Part shown: positions 9,635 through 19,031 of the stretch, in pieces | How positions within the stretch are numbered: position 1 is the first letter of the stretch | Layout: the number at the start of each line of letters is the position of its first letter | NCBI GenBank assembly: GCA_003635255.1 | Contig: PYJC01000133.1 | Coordinates: 6,686-70,685 of the forward strand | Direction of reading: 5' to 3' | From: Candidatus Poribacteria bacterium | GTDB lineage: Bacteria > Poribacteria > WGA-4E > WGA-3G | DNA length: 64,000 nucleotides | Position numbers and translations under genes: made by a program | The notes under the pieces: model-generated | Seen by the model: only the letters and a program-made list of their open reading frames with translations | Told to the model about the DNA's origin: nothing | Databases searched by the model: none

Positions 9635-11083
9635 ATGACAACGGAATTCAGAGCTTGGAGTATTGTATTTATCGGTTGTATAGGCTCTCGGTTGCTTAGC
9701 ACTATCTACTACATTGAAGACTTAGATAGCCTCCGCTTCGCACTGAGTATGATAGACTACGATGTTGCCAAGTTGCAACCACATTTTCCAGCATATCCTG
9801 TCTTCTGTTGTGTTGCCAAACTTTTCTATGCAGCCACGCGTCGTTATGCTTTGGCATTTTCACTCATTGGAGGGTTATCAACTTTTTTCACAATCTTCTT
9901 TACACTAAAGATTGCGAAACTCCAAAACACCTCGTTATTGGGAAAGATTACCATATTTCTGGTATTCATGAATCCCTTGTTCTGGTTGATGAGCAACCGC
10001 TACATGCCTGATACAATGGGAGTCGCTTTCTTGCTGGCAAGCCTATATTTTACAGCAAGACAAGCCAAAAGCAACGCCGAGACGTTGTCAGATTCCCACA
10101 ATGCCATCGGATTTCTCCTCGCGGGTATGCTGATCGGGATACGACTTTCGTATTTTCCACTTTTGGTCCCTGCGTTGGTGGTACGGTTAAAACACCCGGG
10201 TCGGCTGAAGTGCATCGTGGCTGGTGTTATCGGTGTGCTTGTCTGGTTCGTTCCACTGCTCTCGATTACCGGATGGACGACACTAATAGCCGCAGCGCAG
10301 ACACAAAGCCACGGGCATTTTTCGGACTTCGGTGGCGCAGTTTCTACGCATCCTGTCCTGTGGCACCGCTTGACAAAACTTTTTGAAAGCATCTGGGCAG
10401 ATGGATTTGGACTCTACTGGCAAGGTCGGCACCCCATAACCGTTTGCACAGCGATTATTCTAATCGGCATTGTCGCAGCCAATTGGCAAATACTGAAGAG
10501 ATGGACGACAGAAAAAATTTCTGAGGACTATCCCTCGTTTTTCAACGCTATCCTTATCGGATGTGCTGTCTATCTCGTATGGATTTTCTTGGGGCAGAAC
10601 GTTATCCATAAGAGCCGACATGTTTTACCGTTGTTACCTTTTCTAAGCTTAGGCATTGCATTCGCGTGCAGCCGTATCATAGGGACGCAGGATCGATTTC
10701 GCCGTCTGTTCGCCTTTTGTACTGTCATCATCTTTTTTCTCTGTTATAGTTATGTCACCCTACACACTGTCGTCCAACACACAAAACCGACAGCGATTGC
10801 GCAAGTACACGAATATCTACGGGACAAACAAAATGAACAGAGTGATAAACTGAATATTGTATCTGTCCCATTAATAAAATACTACTTGGTTTCACAAGCA
10901 ATAGAAGCAATTTATATATCAATTAAAAGCGAGGCAGATCTTGCCCAACTTGATAAATTGGAAACTGGATTCGTTGTGATTGGAAGCCCATTGCCGAATC
11001 GAGTGCCCAAAGTCGAAAAGGTGTTCTACCACAATCCGTATGTGAATCGGATGTGGTCCGAAATTCCTCTGTTTGAATATTAA
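9635..11083 (+). CDS. polytopic membrane protein, GT-C-like (ArnT/PMT-type) glycosyltransferase candidate
   Basis: It has more than 10 hydrophobic segments and an acidic first-loop motif YYIEDLDSLRF. Confidence 0.4.
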   Translation: MTTEFRAWSIVFIGCIGSRLLSTIYYIEDLDSLRFALSMIDYDVAKLQPHFPAYPVFCCVAKLFYAATRRYALAFSLIGGLSTFFTIFFTLKIAKLQNTSLLGKITIFLVFMNPLFWLMSNRYMPDTMGVAFLLASLYFTARQAKSNAETLSDSHNAIGFLLAGMLIGIRLSYFPLLVPALVVRLKHPGRLKCIVAGVIGVLVWFVPLLSITGWTTLIAAAQTQSHGHFSDFGGAVSTHPVLWHRLTKLFESIWADGFGLYWQGRHPITVCTAIILIGIVAANWQILKRWTTEKISEDYPSFFNAILIGCAVYLVWIFLGQNVIHKSRHVLPLLPFLSLGIAFACSRIIGTQDRFRRLFAFCTVIIFFLCYSYVTLHTVVQHTKPTAIAQVHEYLRDKQNEQSDKLNIVSVPLIKYYLVSQAIEAIYISIKSEADLAQLDKLETGFVVIGSPLPNRVPKVEKVFYHNPYVNRMWSEIPLFEY

Positions 11084-11103
11084 GTCTATACGGATGGAAC
11101 ACA

Positions 11104-12531
11104 ATGGAAAGTGCTAATCTTCACATCCTCGGCGGCGGTCCCGCCGGATTGACAACAGGATACTACGCCAAGAAACACGGTTTCCCCAATTTCACCATCT
11201 TTGAAGCCGGTGAACACGCTGGAGGGAACTGCCGTACGCTCAAAATCAAGGGTGTAGATTGTAGATATGCCTTCCTGCAAAGAGACGATTTTCGATTCGA
11301 TACCGGAGCGCACCGCTTCCACGACAAAGATCCACAAGTTACCAAGGAGGTGAAAACTCTTCTTGGTGACGATTTGTTACGCGTAGAGGCACCGAGCGAA
11401 ATATTTTATGAAGATAAATTTTACCGGTTCCCACTTCTGCTGAACGACCTGGTCCAAAAACTCGAAACCAAGACGCTGCTAAAAATCGCATGGGAGAAAA
11501 TCCATAACAGACGTAGAAAACAGGCAGACAACTTCGCCGAGTTTGCTATTAACCAGTATGGGAAAACATTGGCAGAACACTTTTTACTCAATTACTCCGA
11601 GAAATTATGGGGACAGCCCCCACACAAACTCTCTACCGCTATCGCAGGGAACAGACTTAAAGGATTGGATTTGCGGAGTTTTCTCCGTTCAACCGTACTC
11701 GGAACTCCACAAAACCCAGCGCACTTAGATGGTTCTTTCTTTTATCCGAAATACGGCATCGGCATGATTAGCGATAAATTATGCGAATTCATCGGACCCG
11801 ATCATATCAAGTTGAAGCACCGAGTCAACCGATTGGTCCACAAAAATGGGAGAATTGCGCGTATTACCGTAAATAAGGTATTGGACACACATCGCGCTAC
11901 TGCAGCGCAAAACGAGATTGAAATACCCGTTTCGACAGTGATTAATACACTGCCATTGACACTTTCAATGCGGATGTTAGACCCGCCGCCACCACCAGAA
12001 CTTTGTGCAGTTGCGGATACAATCAAATACCGACACCTTTTGCTCTGTGTTTTCTGCTTAAATCGTGATGCTTTTTCATCAAACGCCTCAATCTATTTTC
12101 CGAGTGAAGAATTCCCTTTTACGCGCTTGTATGAACCCAAAAACCGAAGTTCCCACATGGCACCCAAGGGACAGACAGTGATCGTATTAGAGTTGCCCTG
12201 CTACAACGATGATGCCGTGTGGAATATGTCGGAGACGATGCTACAAACCGAGGTGTGGGAGGCTTTACAACGCGTCAAGCCAATAGGGCAAGAGGAAATT
12301 ATCCACTATCAAAGTTACAAATTACCGTTCGCCTATCCCGTGCTTGAGATGGGGTTTGAAGAGAACGTAGCCCGTCTCGTCGCCTATTTTGAAACGTTTG
12401 AGAATCTGTATCTGACGGGCAGAAGTTCTCTGTTCCGCTATCTGCACCTGCACGACCTATTTAAAGCAGGAAGGGAAGTTATAGAACGGATAGCAAACGC
12501 GAAAAATCGGACAAATTCAGAAATCGAATAA
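11104..12531 (+). CDS. FAD/NAD(P)-binding oxidoreductase (amine-oxidase / protoporphyrinogen-oxidase-like fold)
   Basis: N-terminal Rossmann motif HILGGGPAGLTTGYY, ~475 aa. Confidence 0.65.
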   Translation: MESANLHILGGGPAGLTTGYYAKKHGFPNFTIFEAGEHAGGNCRTLKIKGVDCRYAFLQRDDFRFDTGAHRFHDKDPQVTKEVKTLLGDDLLRVEAPSEIFYEDKFYRFPLLLNDLVQKLETKTLLKIAWEKIHNRRRKQADNFAEFAINQYGKTLAEHFLLNYSEKLWGQPPHKLSTAIAGNRLKGLDLRSFLRSTVLGTPQNPAHLDGSFFYPKYGIGMISDKLCEFIGPDHIKLKHRVNRLVHKNGRIARITVNKVLDTHRATAAQNEIEIPVSTVINTLPLTLSMRMLDPPPPPELCAVADTIKYRHLLLCVFCLNRDAFSSNASIYFPSEEFPFTRLYEPKNRSSHMAPKGQTVIVLELPCYNDDAVWNMSETMLQTEVWEALQRVKPIGQEEIIHYQSYKLPFAYPVLEMGFEENVARLVAYFETFENLYLTGRSSLFRYLHLHDLFKAGREVIERIANAKNRTNSEIE

Positions 12532-12537
12532 AAAAAT

Positions 12538-12567
12538 TTGACATCACTTTCTCGAATATAGTATAAT
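12538..12567 (+). promoter_or_regulatory. sigma70-type promoter (TTGACA-18 nt-TATAAT)
   Basis: TTGACA at 12538-12543 and TATAAT at 12562-12567, after an A-tract. Confidence 0.5.
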
Positions 12568-12617
12568 ATATACGTATTGATACAAAGAGGGCTAACTGAA
12601 TATACTTTATCAAAAAT

Positions 12618-12636
12618 GATAATGAGTCTCATTTTC
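12618..12636 (+). promoter_or_regulatory. Fur box-like operator
   Basis: gataatgagtctcattttc lies ~50 nt downstream of the -10 element. Confidence 0.6.
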
Positions 12637-12790
12637 AATTTTTAGAAGGTAGATTCAGGTATGCTAATTTCCTCCGAGTGGTGATTCAAATGGAGATGCT
12701 TGCTAAAGGCAGATAAAACATATCTACCCACAGTCACGCATGTTCCGTATGGTCGGCGGGGAACAGGATACCCCGCCTCACCATAAATAT

Positions 12791-12809
12791 GATAATGAGT
12801 TTCATTCTC
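12791..12809 (+). promoter_or_regulatory. Fur box-like operator
   Basis: gataatgagtttcattctc lies immediately before the AAGGAG RBS of the IsdG-like gene. Confidence 0.65.
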
Positions 12810-12828
12810 AAATAAACAAGGAGCGGTT

Positions 12829-13185
12829 ATGATAACTGTTGCGAACCGAATCTACGTCACACCGGAATACCAAGACGAATTTGAGGAGCGATTCCGAAAT
12901 CGCGCACGTCTTGTTGACGGGATGCCAGGGTTCATCTCGAACCAAGTGCTACGTCCCGTCAATGAGGGCGATCCTTATGTCGTTTTTACACTCTGGGAAT
13001 CACGAAAGGATTTTGAAAACTGGGTAGAATCCGAAGAATTCCGTAAAGGACACGCACAGTCCGGCACATTGCCGAAAGAAGCGTTTACACAATCAAATAA
13101 ACTTGAACTTCACGAGGTGTTTCTCGATTCCACGCAACCAGATCTGCAGGAAGAACCACGCGGGGGTCCGTTTAAGGTCCACTAA
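12829..13185 (+). CDS. IsdG/HmoB-like haem-degrading monooxygenase (ABM fold)
   Basis: 118 aa. The ABM-like pattern (ANRIYV..., FTLWESRKDFENW, FRKGH) resembles the Asn/Trp/His triad of IsdG-type enzymes. Fur boxes lie upstream and haem uptake genes downstream. Confidence 0.65.
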   Translation: MITVANRIYVTPEYQDEFEERFRNRARLVDGMPGFISNQVLRPVNEGDPYVVFTLWESRKDFENWVESEEFRKGHAQSGTLPKEAFTQSNKLELHEVFLDSTQPDLQEEPRGGPFKVH

Positions 13186-13421
13186 AGCAGAATAATAGCA
13201 GAAAAAGCGACGCAACAAACAGGACATGCTCCCAACTGCCAATTGTTAGCCTCTTGTCCATGTTTCTAAGGGAAATACACACATCGATTGCGAACCGACG
13301 GCGTTTCGCGTTTTGCGGGTTTCTCACGCACTATGCTGAAGCGTTACTACCCGATGCCTTTTCTGCCTTAATTAGAATACGCTATCAGCGTTGTGATTGT
13401 CAAGTAAATTTGGAGATTAAC

Positions 13422-14135
13422 ATGTCAAACGCCCCTGATTCAGTACCCGATGAAAAAACAATAAAAAAACTCAAAAAACAGCGACGACGTTCACCTTACG
13501 CATTTCTACCCCTTTCATGGAGCCGAGGCGCGTTTCTCAAGTGGCTCCGACGAACACACGCGTGGCTTGGGCTATGGGGTGCGACTTTGGGCATCCTTTT
13601 CGGGGTTACCGGTATTTTGCTCAACCACAGAGGCACACTAAAAATTAACGCCGCCAAAACTGAGCAGACGAGACGGGAACTCTCACTGCCAGATTACAAA
13701 TTTGAAAATGTTGAAGCGTTCGCAGCGTGGCTGCAAGCAGAACTCGAACTGGACAAGAAATGGAGCCGTGCGCGCTCACAGGAACCCCGAGAAATTAGCT
13801 GGGGTGGCAAATCCGTCACGCAACCCGAAAGATGGAGCGTCAGTTTTAGCAATCCGAAACGGAGTTATAGCGCAGAATATTGGGTCGGCAACGCTTACAC
13901 GACTGTCAGGCAATTTGACAGGAATATATTTGCTTTTCTCAATCGGTTGCACATGTCGAGCGGAATGGGGGTCGCTTGGATTCTTCTCGCCGATACGATT
14001 GCCGGCAGTCTAATTATCCTTGCCCTCAGCGGCATACTGCTTTGGACACGTTTACACGGACCACGGTTGCTTGCAGCAGGGCTTATCTTCGGGTCCTTAA
14101 CCCTTGCTATCGTCTTTGTTTGGCGAGCCTTTTAA
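13422..14135 (+). CDS. PepSY-associated TM-helix protein (PiuB-like)
   Basis: I chose the ATG at 13422 after GGAGA. The WLRRTHAWLGLWGATLGILFGVTGILLNHR motif is typical of PepSY_TM proteins, and a second TM pair sits at the C-terminus. Confidence 0.7.
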   Translation: MSNAPDSVPDEKTIKKLKKQRRRSPYAFLPLSWSRGAFLKWLRRTHAWLGLWGATLGILFGVTGILLNHRGTLKINAAKTEQTRRELSLPDYKFENVEAFAAWLQAELELDKKWSRARSQEPREISWGGKSVTQPERWSVSFSNPKRSYSAEYWVGNAYTTVRQFDRNIFAFLNRLHMSSGMGVAWILLADTIAGSLIILALSGILLWTRLHGPRLLAAGLIFGSLTLAIVFVWRAF

Positions 14136-14154
14136 TGGATTCAGGAGGAAAATT

Positions 14155-16119
14155 ATGATGTCAAACGGGAAAATTTGGTTTTTACGGATACTGATAAACC
14201 TTGTGTTCGGATTGCTCCTGCTCGCTATACTGAGTTCCGCTGAGAGCGGAGACGAGACCCCTGAAACTGACCCCACTGCCGAATTAGCACCTGTTGTGGT
14301 GACCGCAACAAAGACACCTCAACGTTTGGAAGATACACCGGTTATTACAAATCTTATTACACGCGCCGAAATTGAAGCAACCGGCGCAGAGAACATCGGA
14401 GAGGTTCTTGAACATACAACAGGCATCACTATCCACCGAGATGGACACGGTGACGGGGTGCAACTTCAAGGACTCAACTCCGAATACATACTAATCCTTG
14501 TGGATGGCGAACCACAGGTTGGACGTATTGCAGGCAAACTTGACATGGCACGACTTGCTGTTGAAAACGTTGAGCGCATAGAGATCGTCAAAGGCGCGAC
14601 CGCCGCTCTTTTCGGCAACGCCGCACTCGGCGGCGTTATTAACATCATTACCCGTAAGGCGACTTCTCCCTTCTCGGTACAGGTTTCCCAAACATTTGAG
14701 CAAAACAGCACACTCGACAGTCGAGGCACGGTTGAATTGCAACGCGATAACCTTAACGCCCTTTTAACACTCAGTAGAAACTATCGAAATCCAATTGATT
14801 TGGACACATCTGATCTCACAACCACAATCGACGGTTACGCTAATGTGACTGGCTCCGCACGGACAGAATATCAACTCACGCCAGCGACAAATCTCCTGTT
14901 TTCTGGACAATACTTTACCCAGCACCAAGAAGGTATCAGCGATAGCGGGTCCGTCGTTTTTGACAGACTCGGCGATATCGAAAACTTCAGCGGAAGCGTC
15001 GGAGTAGAACACGAATTCGGTGATCGCACACAACGGAAATCTCCAACTTCACTGACTGGAAAACTCTATGCAACCCGATATGACGATGAATCAACCGTCA
15101 TCAATAGAGATTCAGCAGAAATAAGTTCCCAAAATATTAACATTCAAGACCTGCTCAAGGGTGAACTGCAATTTGACACAGTGCTTTGGGAAAAACATCA
15201 ATTCACCCTCGGCGGAGAGGCCGTCATTGAAAATCTCCAATCTCAGCGGATTACTGGTGGAGAACGTGACATTCTCACCAATTCCCTCTTTGTGCAGAAC
15301 GTATTCCGTCCCGTCTCTGCATTCGCACTTGTCCTTGGTGGACGTTTAGACAATCACTCCGAATTCGGCACACATTTCAGCCCAAAGTTGAGCACCATGT
15401 ATCGGATGACCGACAATTTACGCCTTCGCCTTTCGTATGGACAGGGGTTTCGTGCACCAGATTTCAAAAACCTATATCTCGACTTTACAAATGTGACAGC
15501 CGGTTACCAAGTGTTAGGCAATCCGAGCCTTCAACCTGAATCCTCACACAACTGGAACCTCGGGGCAGAGTATCAGATATTCGACAATTTGATTGGCAGA
15601 ATCCACGTGTATCGCAATGACTTGCACAATCTGATTGAAGCCGAGCGCATCGGACAAAGCGCAGCGGGCGGAAGCAAATTTGAATATCAGAACATTAGCA
15701 AGGCGTTCACAGAGGGTGTTGATGTTGAAGCCGTTGTCGGTAGCATTAGCGGGTTTACTTCAACCGTCGGCTACGCGTACCTTCGAGGTGCGGATAAGGA
15801 GACCGGACTACCGCTACTCAACCGTTCAACGCACAGTGGAACGCTCAAATTGGCGTATCTACATGCCAATACCGGCACTCAAATCGACTTGCGTGGACGA
15901 TACGCCAGTCCTTGGGGGTTCTTTGATGACGGCGACAAAGTGCTTGAATCTGAAGAATTGGCACCGAGTTATTGGGTCTGGAACCTCCGCGCTTCAAAGA
16001 CACTTCTTAAAATATTCAAACTGTCAATCGGATGCAATAATATTTTTGATTTCAAAATCCCGACATTTTATACATTTACGGGCCGCTCATTTTATGGCGG
16101 TCTCGCTTTAACCTATTAA
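14155..16119 (+). CDS. TonB-dependent receptor (haem/haemophore-type by context)
   Basis: AGGAGG lies 6 nt before the ATG at 14155. It has a signal peptide, a TonB box-like APVVVTATK, plug motifs (IEIVKGATAALFGNAALGGVINIIT) and a beta-barrel. Confidence 0.85.
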   Translation: MMSNGKIWFLRILINLVFGLLLLAILSSAESGDETPETDPTAELAPVVVTATKTPQRLEDTPVITNLITRAEIEATGAENIGEVLEHTTGITIHRDGHGDGVQLQGLNSEYILILVDGEPQVGRIAGKLDMARLAVENVERIEIVKGATAALFGNAALGGVINIITRKATSPFSVQVSQTFEQNSTLDSRGTVELQRDNLNALLTLSRNYRNPIDLDTSDLTTTIDGYANVTGSARTEYQLTPATNLLFSGQYFTQHQEGISDSGSVVFDRLGDIENFSGSVGVEHEFGDRTQRKSPTSLTGKLYATRYDDESTVINRDSAEISSQNINIQDLLKGELQFDTVLWEKHQFTLGGEAVIENLQSQRITGGERDILTNSLFVQNVFRPVSAFALVLGGRLDNHSEFGTHFSPKLSTMYRMTDNLRLRLSYGQGFRAPDFKNLYLDFTNVTAGYQVLGNPSLQPESSHNWNLGAEYQIFDNLIGRIHVYRNDLHNLIEAERIGQSAAGGSKFEYQNISKAFTEGVDVEAVVGSISGFTSTVGYAYLRGADKETGLPLLNRSTHSGTLKLAYLHANTGTQIDLRGRYASPWGFFDDGDKVLESEELAPSYWVWNLRASKTLLKIFKLSIGCNNIFDFKIPTFYTFTGRSFYGGLALTY

Positions 16120-16140
16120 TACGAGAAAGGATACAACCAC

Positions 16141-16788
16141 ATGACACGGCTCATGTACACAACCTTACTGTTAGTTTTCACCATCAGCACCACTGTCTTG
16201 ACAGTGGATGGTGAACTTCACCAAAACACACTCACGGTCGATGCGACCGACCGTGAAAACTGGGCTTATGTCAATCTCACTGAAGGTGAAACGGTTGACA
16301 TAGCCGACGCGGCAACCTCAATGGCGTGGGACCTCGGTTTTAAACGGACTGGGGTCATCGCCAACGGGGGTGTCAGCGGTCCCAGCAAAACTGGGGCACT
16401 GGCTTTGGAGGACATCTCTTTTGAAGATGTCCTCGAAGCCCCGGAAGGTGAGTACGTTTCGGACACCGAACAGATTGCGACATTCGCACGAGGCGATGGT
16501 TGGTACACCTACACCGGACCCCCAAATCACTGGGTTTTGCCGAACCCGAAAATTTACATCTTGCGAATCCCTGCGGATCCAACGGCATCCGAAGGTCCAT
16601 ATTATTACGCGAAAATCCGTTTTATCGGTTACTACGAAAACAACGAAACCAAGGAAGGTTCGGGGTACGTCAGCATAGAATATGTTTTGCAGGACGATGG
16701 CACCCGCATCTTTATCGAATCTGAACCCACAAGCACTGACGCGAGCGGCAAATTAGCAACCACGTGGGCATCAATCAAATCAAAGTAG
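16141..16788 (+). CDS. HmuY-like haem-binding protein (paralogue 1: no lipobox, C-terminal KLATTWASIK tail)
   Basis: It shares DAT(D/N)RE(N/A)WAY...AWD(L/I)GF(K/Q)RT...NGG(V/I)SGP...GWY(T/I)YTGPP(N/T)HW blocks with the two genes downstream. Confidence 0.6.
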   Translation: MTRLMYTTLLLVFTISTTVLTVDGELHQNTLTVDATDRENWAYVNLTEGETVDIADAATSMAWDLGFKRTGVIANGGVSGPSKTGALALEDISFEDVLEAPEGEYVSDTEQIATFARGDGWYTYTGPPNHWVLPNPKIYILRIPADPTASEGPYYYAKIRFIGYYENNETKEGSGYVSIEYVLQDDGTRIFIESEPTSTDASGKLATTWASIKSK

Positions 16789-16828
16789 CAGGCACGCTCC
16801 GACGTGCCGTTGCATAAGGAGATTAAAA

Positions 16829-17059
16829 ATGAGTTACAAAACAGAATTTTTATCACAAGCCGAAGTATGCGCCATCTATCAATGTATGGATGGACATATC
16901 CACCTGAAATACCGCACTTTGGACATCGCCATGGATGCCTGTGATTTCCACCAAGTTGCTGAAGTCTTTGTCAAAGCATTACATGTTTTGCAGCAGGTCG
17001 AAGAACCGGTAAATGAGGAAATCGATCTGCAAAACATGGATACACACGTAAAAGTTTAG
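16829..17059 (+). CDS. small Cys/His-rich hypothetical protein (76 aa)
   Basis: AAGGAG lies 7 nt before the ATG. No recognisable domain. It is embedded between HmuY-like genes. Confidence 0.4.
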   Translation: MSYKTEFLSQAEVCAIYQCMDGHIHLKYRTLDIAMDACDFHQVAEVFVKALHVLQQVEEPVNEEIDLQNMDTHVKV

Positions 17060-17208
17060 CACAAGGTGTAGGGAGACCACCCAGAGGCACACCTCGAAAC
17101 GTCCAGTTGAAACAAATTGAGTTGTAGCAGCCCAATTTCCCTACACTATTTTAACCGCGTCGTGCAGACGGCACAGCACTTGCGCTGCTTCTTGACTGGA
17201 GAATTACC

Positions 17209-17901
17209 ATGAAAAGCATTAGAAACTTTGTCAATCAATATGGCATCACTTCCCTTATCCTTACATTAGGTGTTGTTGTCCTTTTCAGTTTCGGCTGTGG
17301 TTCCGAGAGTGAAGAAGACGTTGAAAATCCGCTTCAACCAGAGGACACTGCCGACACGACACCGTTGGTGACGACAGATGCTGATACACAAGCACCGGTT
17401 GAGGATCCTGTCGGACTGGAAGCATTTACATTCACAATTGACGCGACGAACAGGGAGGCATGGGCATACTTCTCTTTCGATGCCGGAGACGTTGTTGAGA
17501 TAGAAGATGCCGAAAACTCCGAAGCGTGGGATATCGGCTTCCAACGGACAAAGGTCAAACTTAATGGGGGTATCAGCGGACCAGGAATGGGCAGTGTCGT
17601 TATGCTCACCGAGACAACTTTTGAGGCAGTAACCGAAGCACCAGCAGACGGATACAAGGCGGATACAGACGACACGCTCGCAATCGTCCCACAAAGTGAA
17701 AAGGGATGGTACATCTACACCGGACCACCGACACACTGGGTCCTTCCCTTAGAGGATCGGGTCTTTGTACTAAAAGCCGCAGACGAAACATTCGCCAAAG
17801 TCCAATTTATCGGATACTATAAAGACAACGAAAACAAGAAGGACAGTGGTTTTGTGACGTTTAAATACGTCCACCAACCAGACGGAAGTCATAATTTCTA
17901 A
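17209..17901 (+). CDS. HmuY-like haem-binding lipoprotein (paralogue 2)
   Basis: Lipobox LFSFGC. Same conserved blocks as 16141-16788. Confidence 0.7.
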   Translation: MKSIRNFVNQYGITSLILTLGVVVLFSFGCGSESEEDVENPLQPEDTADTTPLVTTDADTQAPVEDPVGLEAFTFTIDATNREAWAYFSFDAGDVVEIEDAENSEAWDIGFQRTKVKLNGGISGPGMGSVVMLTETTFEAVTEAPADGYKADTDDTLAIVPQSEKGWYIYTGPPTHWVLPLEDRVFVLKAADETFAKVQFIGYYKDNENKKDSGFVTFKYVHQPDGSHNF

Positions 17902-18137
17902 ATGTTGAGAGCAGATTCAGGTATAACTTTCGCTTGGAGGGTTTTCGGCGAATTGATGATCAGATAGAGACCCATACCGATCACTCTTGTCTCATCTTTG
18001 CTCAATTGCAACCGAATATCATTACATAACCGAAAACCCCCATAAATTGGAGTTTAGCAGCCCAATTTTTCTACACGATTTCAACTCGGTAGTAGGACAG
18101 GTATAGTCCCGCGCCGTCTATTGATAGGAGAATTAAC

Positions 18138-18830
18138 ATGGAAAAAATTAGAAATTTTGTCAATCGACATAACACTATTTCTCTCATACTAATGTTAGGT
18201 GTTGTCATCCCTCTCTGTTTCAGTTGCAGTCGCATTGGTGAGGACACTCTCAACGAATTGCTTCCGCCGGAGGATACCACAGACACAACATCCCCGGGGA
18301 CGGTAGACACTGATACACAAGCACAGGTTGAGGAACCTAGCGGACTTGAAACATTAACATTCACAATTGACGCGACGAATACAGAGACATGGGCATACTT
18401 CTCTTTTGCCTCTGGAGACGTTGTTGAAATAGAAGATGCCGAAAATTCGGAAGCATGGGACATCGGCTTTCAGGCGACAAAGGTCAAACTTAATGGCGGT
18501 ACCAGTGGCACAGGAATGGGCAGTGTCATCATGCTCACCGAGACAACTTTTGAGGCAGTAACCGAAGCACCAGCAGACGGGTACAAGGCGGATACAGACG
18601 ACACGCTCGCAATCGTCCACGGAAGTGGAAATGGATGGTACATCTACACCGGACCACCGACACACCAGATCCTTCCGTTAGAGGATCGGGTCTTTGTGCT
18701 AAAAGCCGCGGATGGGACATTCGCCAAGGTTCAATTTCTTGGATACTACAAAGACAACGAAAACAAGGAGGAAGGTCGCCACATCACGTTTAAATACGTC
18801 CATCAACCGGACGGAAGTCATAATTTCTAA
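18138..18830 (+). CDS. HmuY-like haem-binding lipoprotein (paralogue 3)
   Basis: Lipobox-like PLCFSC. 230 aa, co-linear with paralogue 2. Confidence 0.7.
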   Translation: MEKIRNFVNRHNTISLILMLGVVIPLCFSCSRIGEDTLNELLPPEDTTDTTSPGTVDTDTQAQVEEPSGLETLTFTIDATNTETWAYFSFASGDVVEIEDAENSEAWDIGFQATKVKLNGGTSGTGMGSVIMLTETTFEAVTEAPADGYKADTDDTLAIVHGSGNGWYIYTGPPTHQILPLEDRVFVLKAADGTFAKVQFLGYYKDNENKEEGRHITFKYVHQPDGSHNF

Positions 18831-19031
18831 TTTTCGGTACACTTAAAAAACCGATAACTTGCTATTGAAAATTTTGTAGGGTAATCCGTTAAGAATACCC
18901 CTAACCGTCGTCTATACAGAACAACTGAATAACGAGTTCATGAGATGTTGGGCATGGAGCACCGTCCATCATAAATCTCCTTAAATTGAGCGGGTTCCAT
19001 GCCCGGCGACTCATTTTCATACGGAGGAAAA

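Larger units (their letters stand above)
17110..18830 (+). repeat. tandem duplication (period 929 nt) carrying HmuY-like paralogues 2 and 3 with their leaders
   Basis: 18138 minus 17209 is 929. The leaders share ...ttgtagcagcccaatttccctacac / ...tttagcagcccaatttttctacac. The C-terminal halves are nearly identical at the DNA level. Confidence 0.85.
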
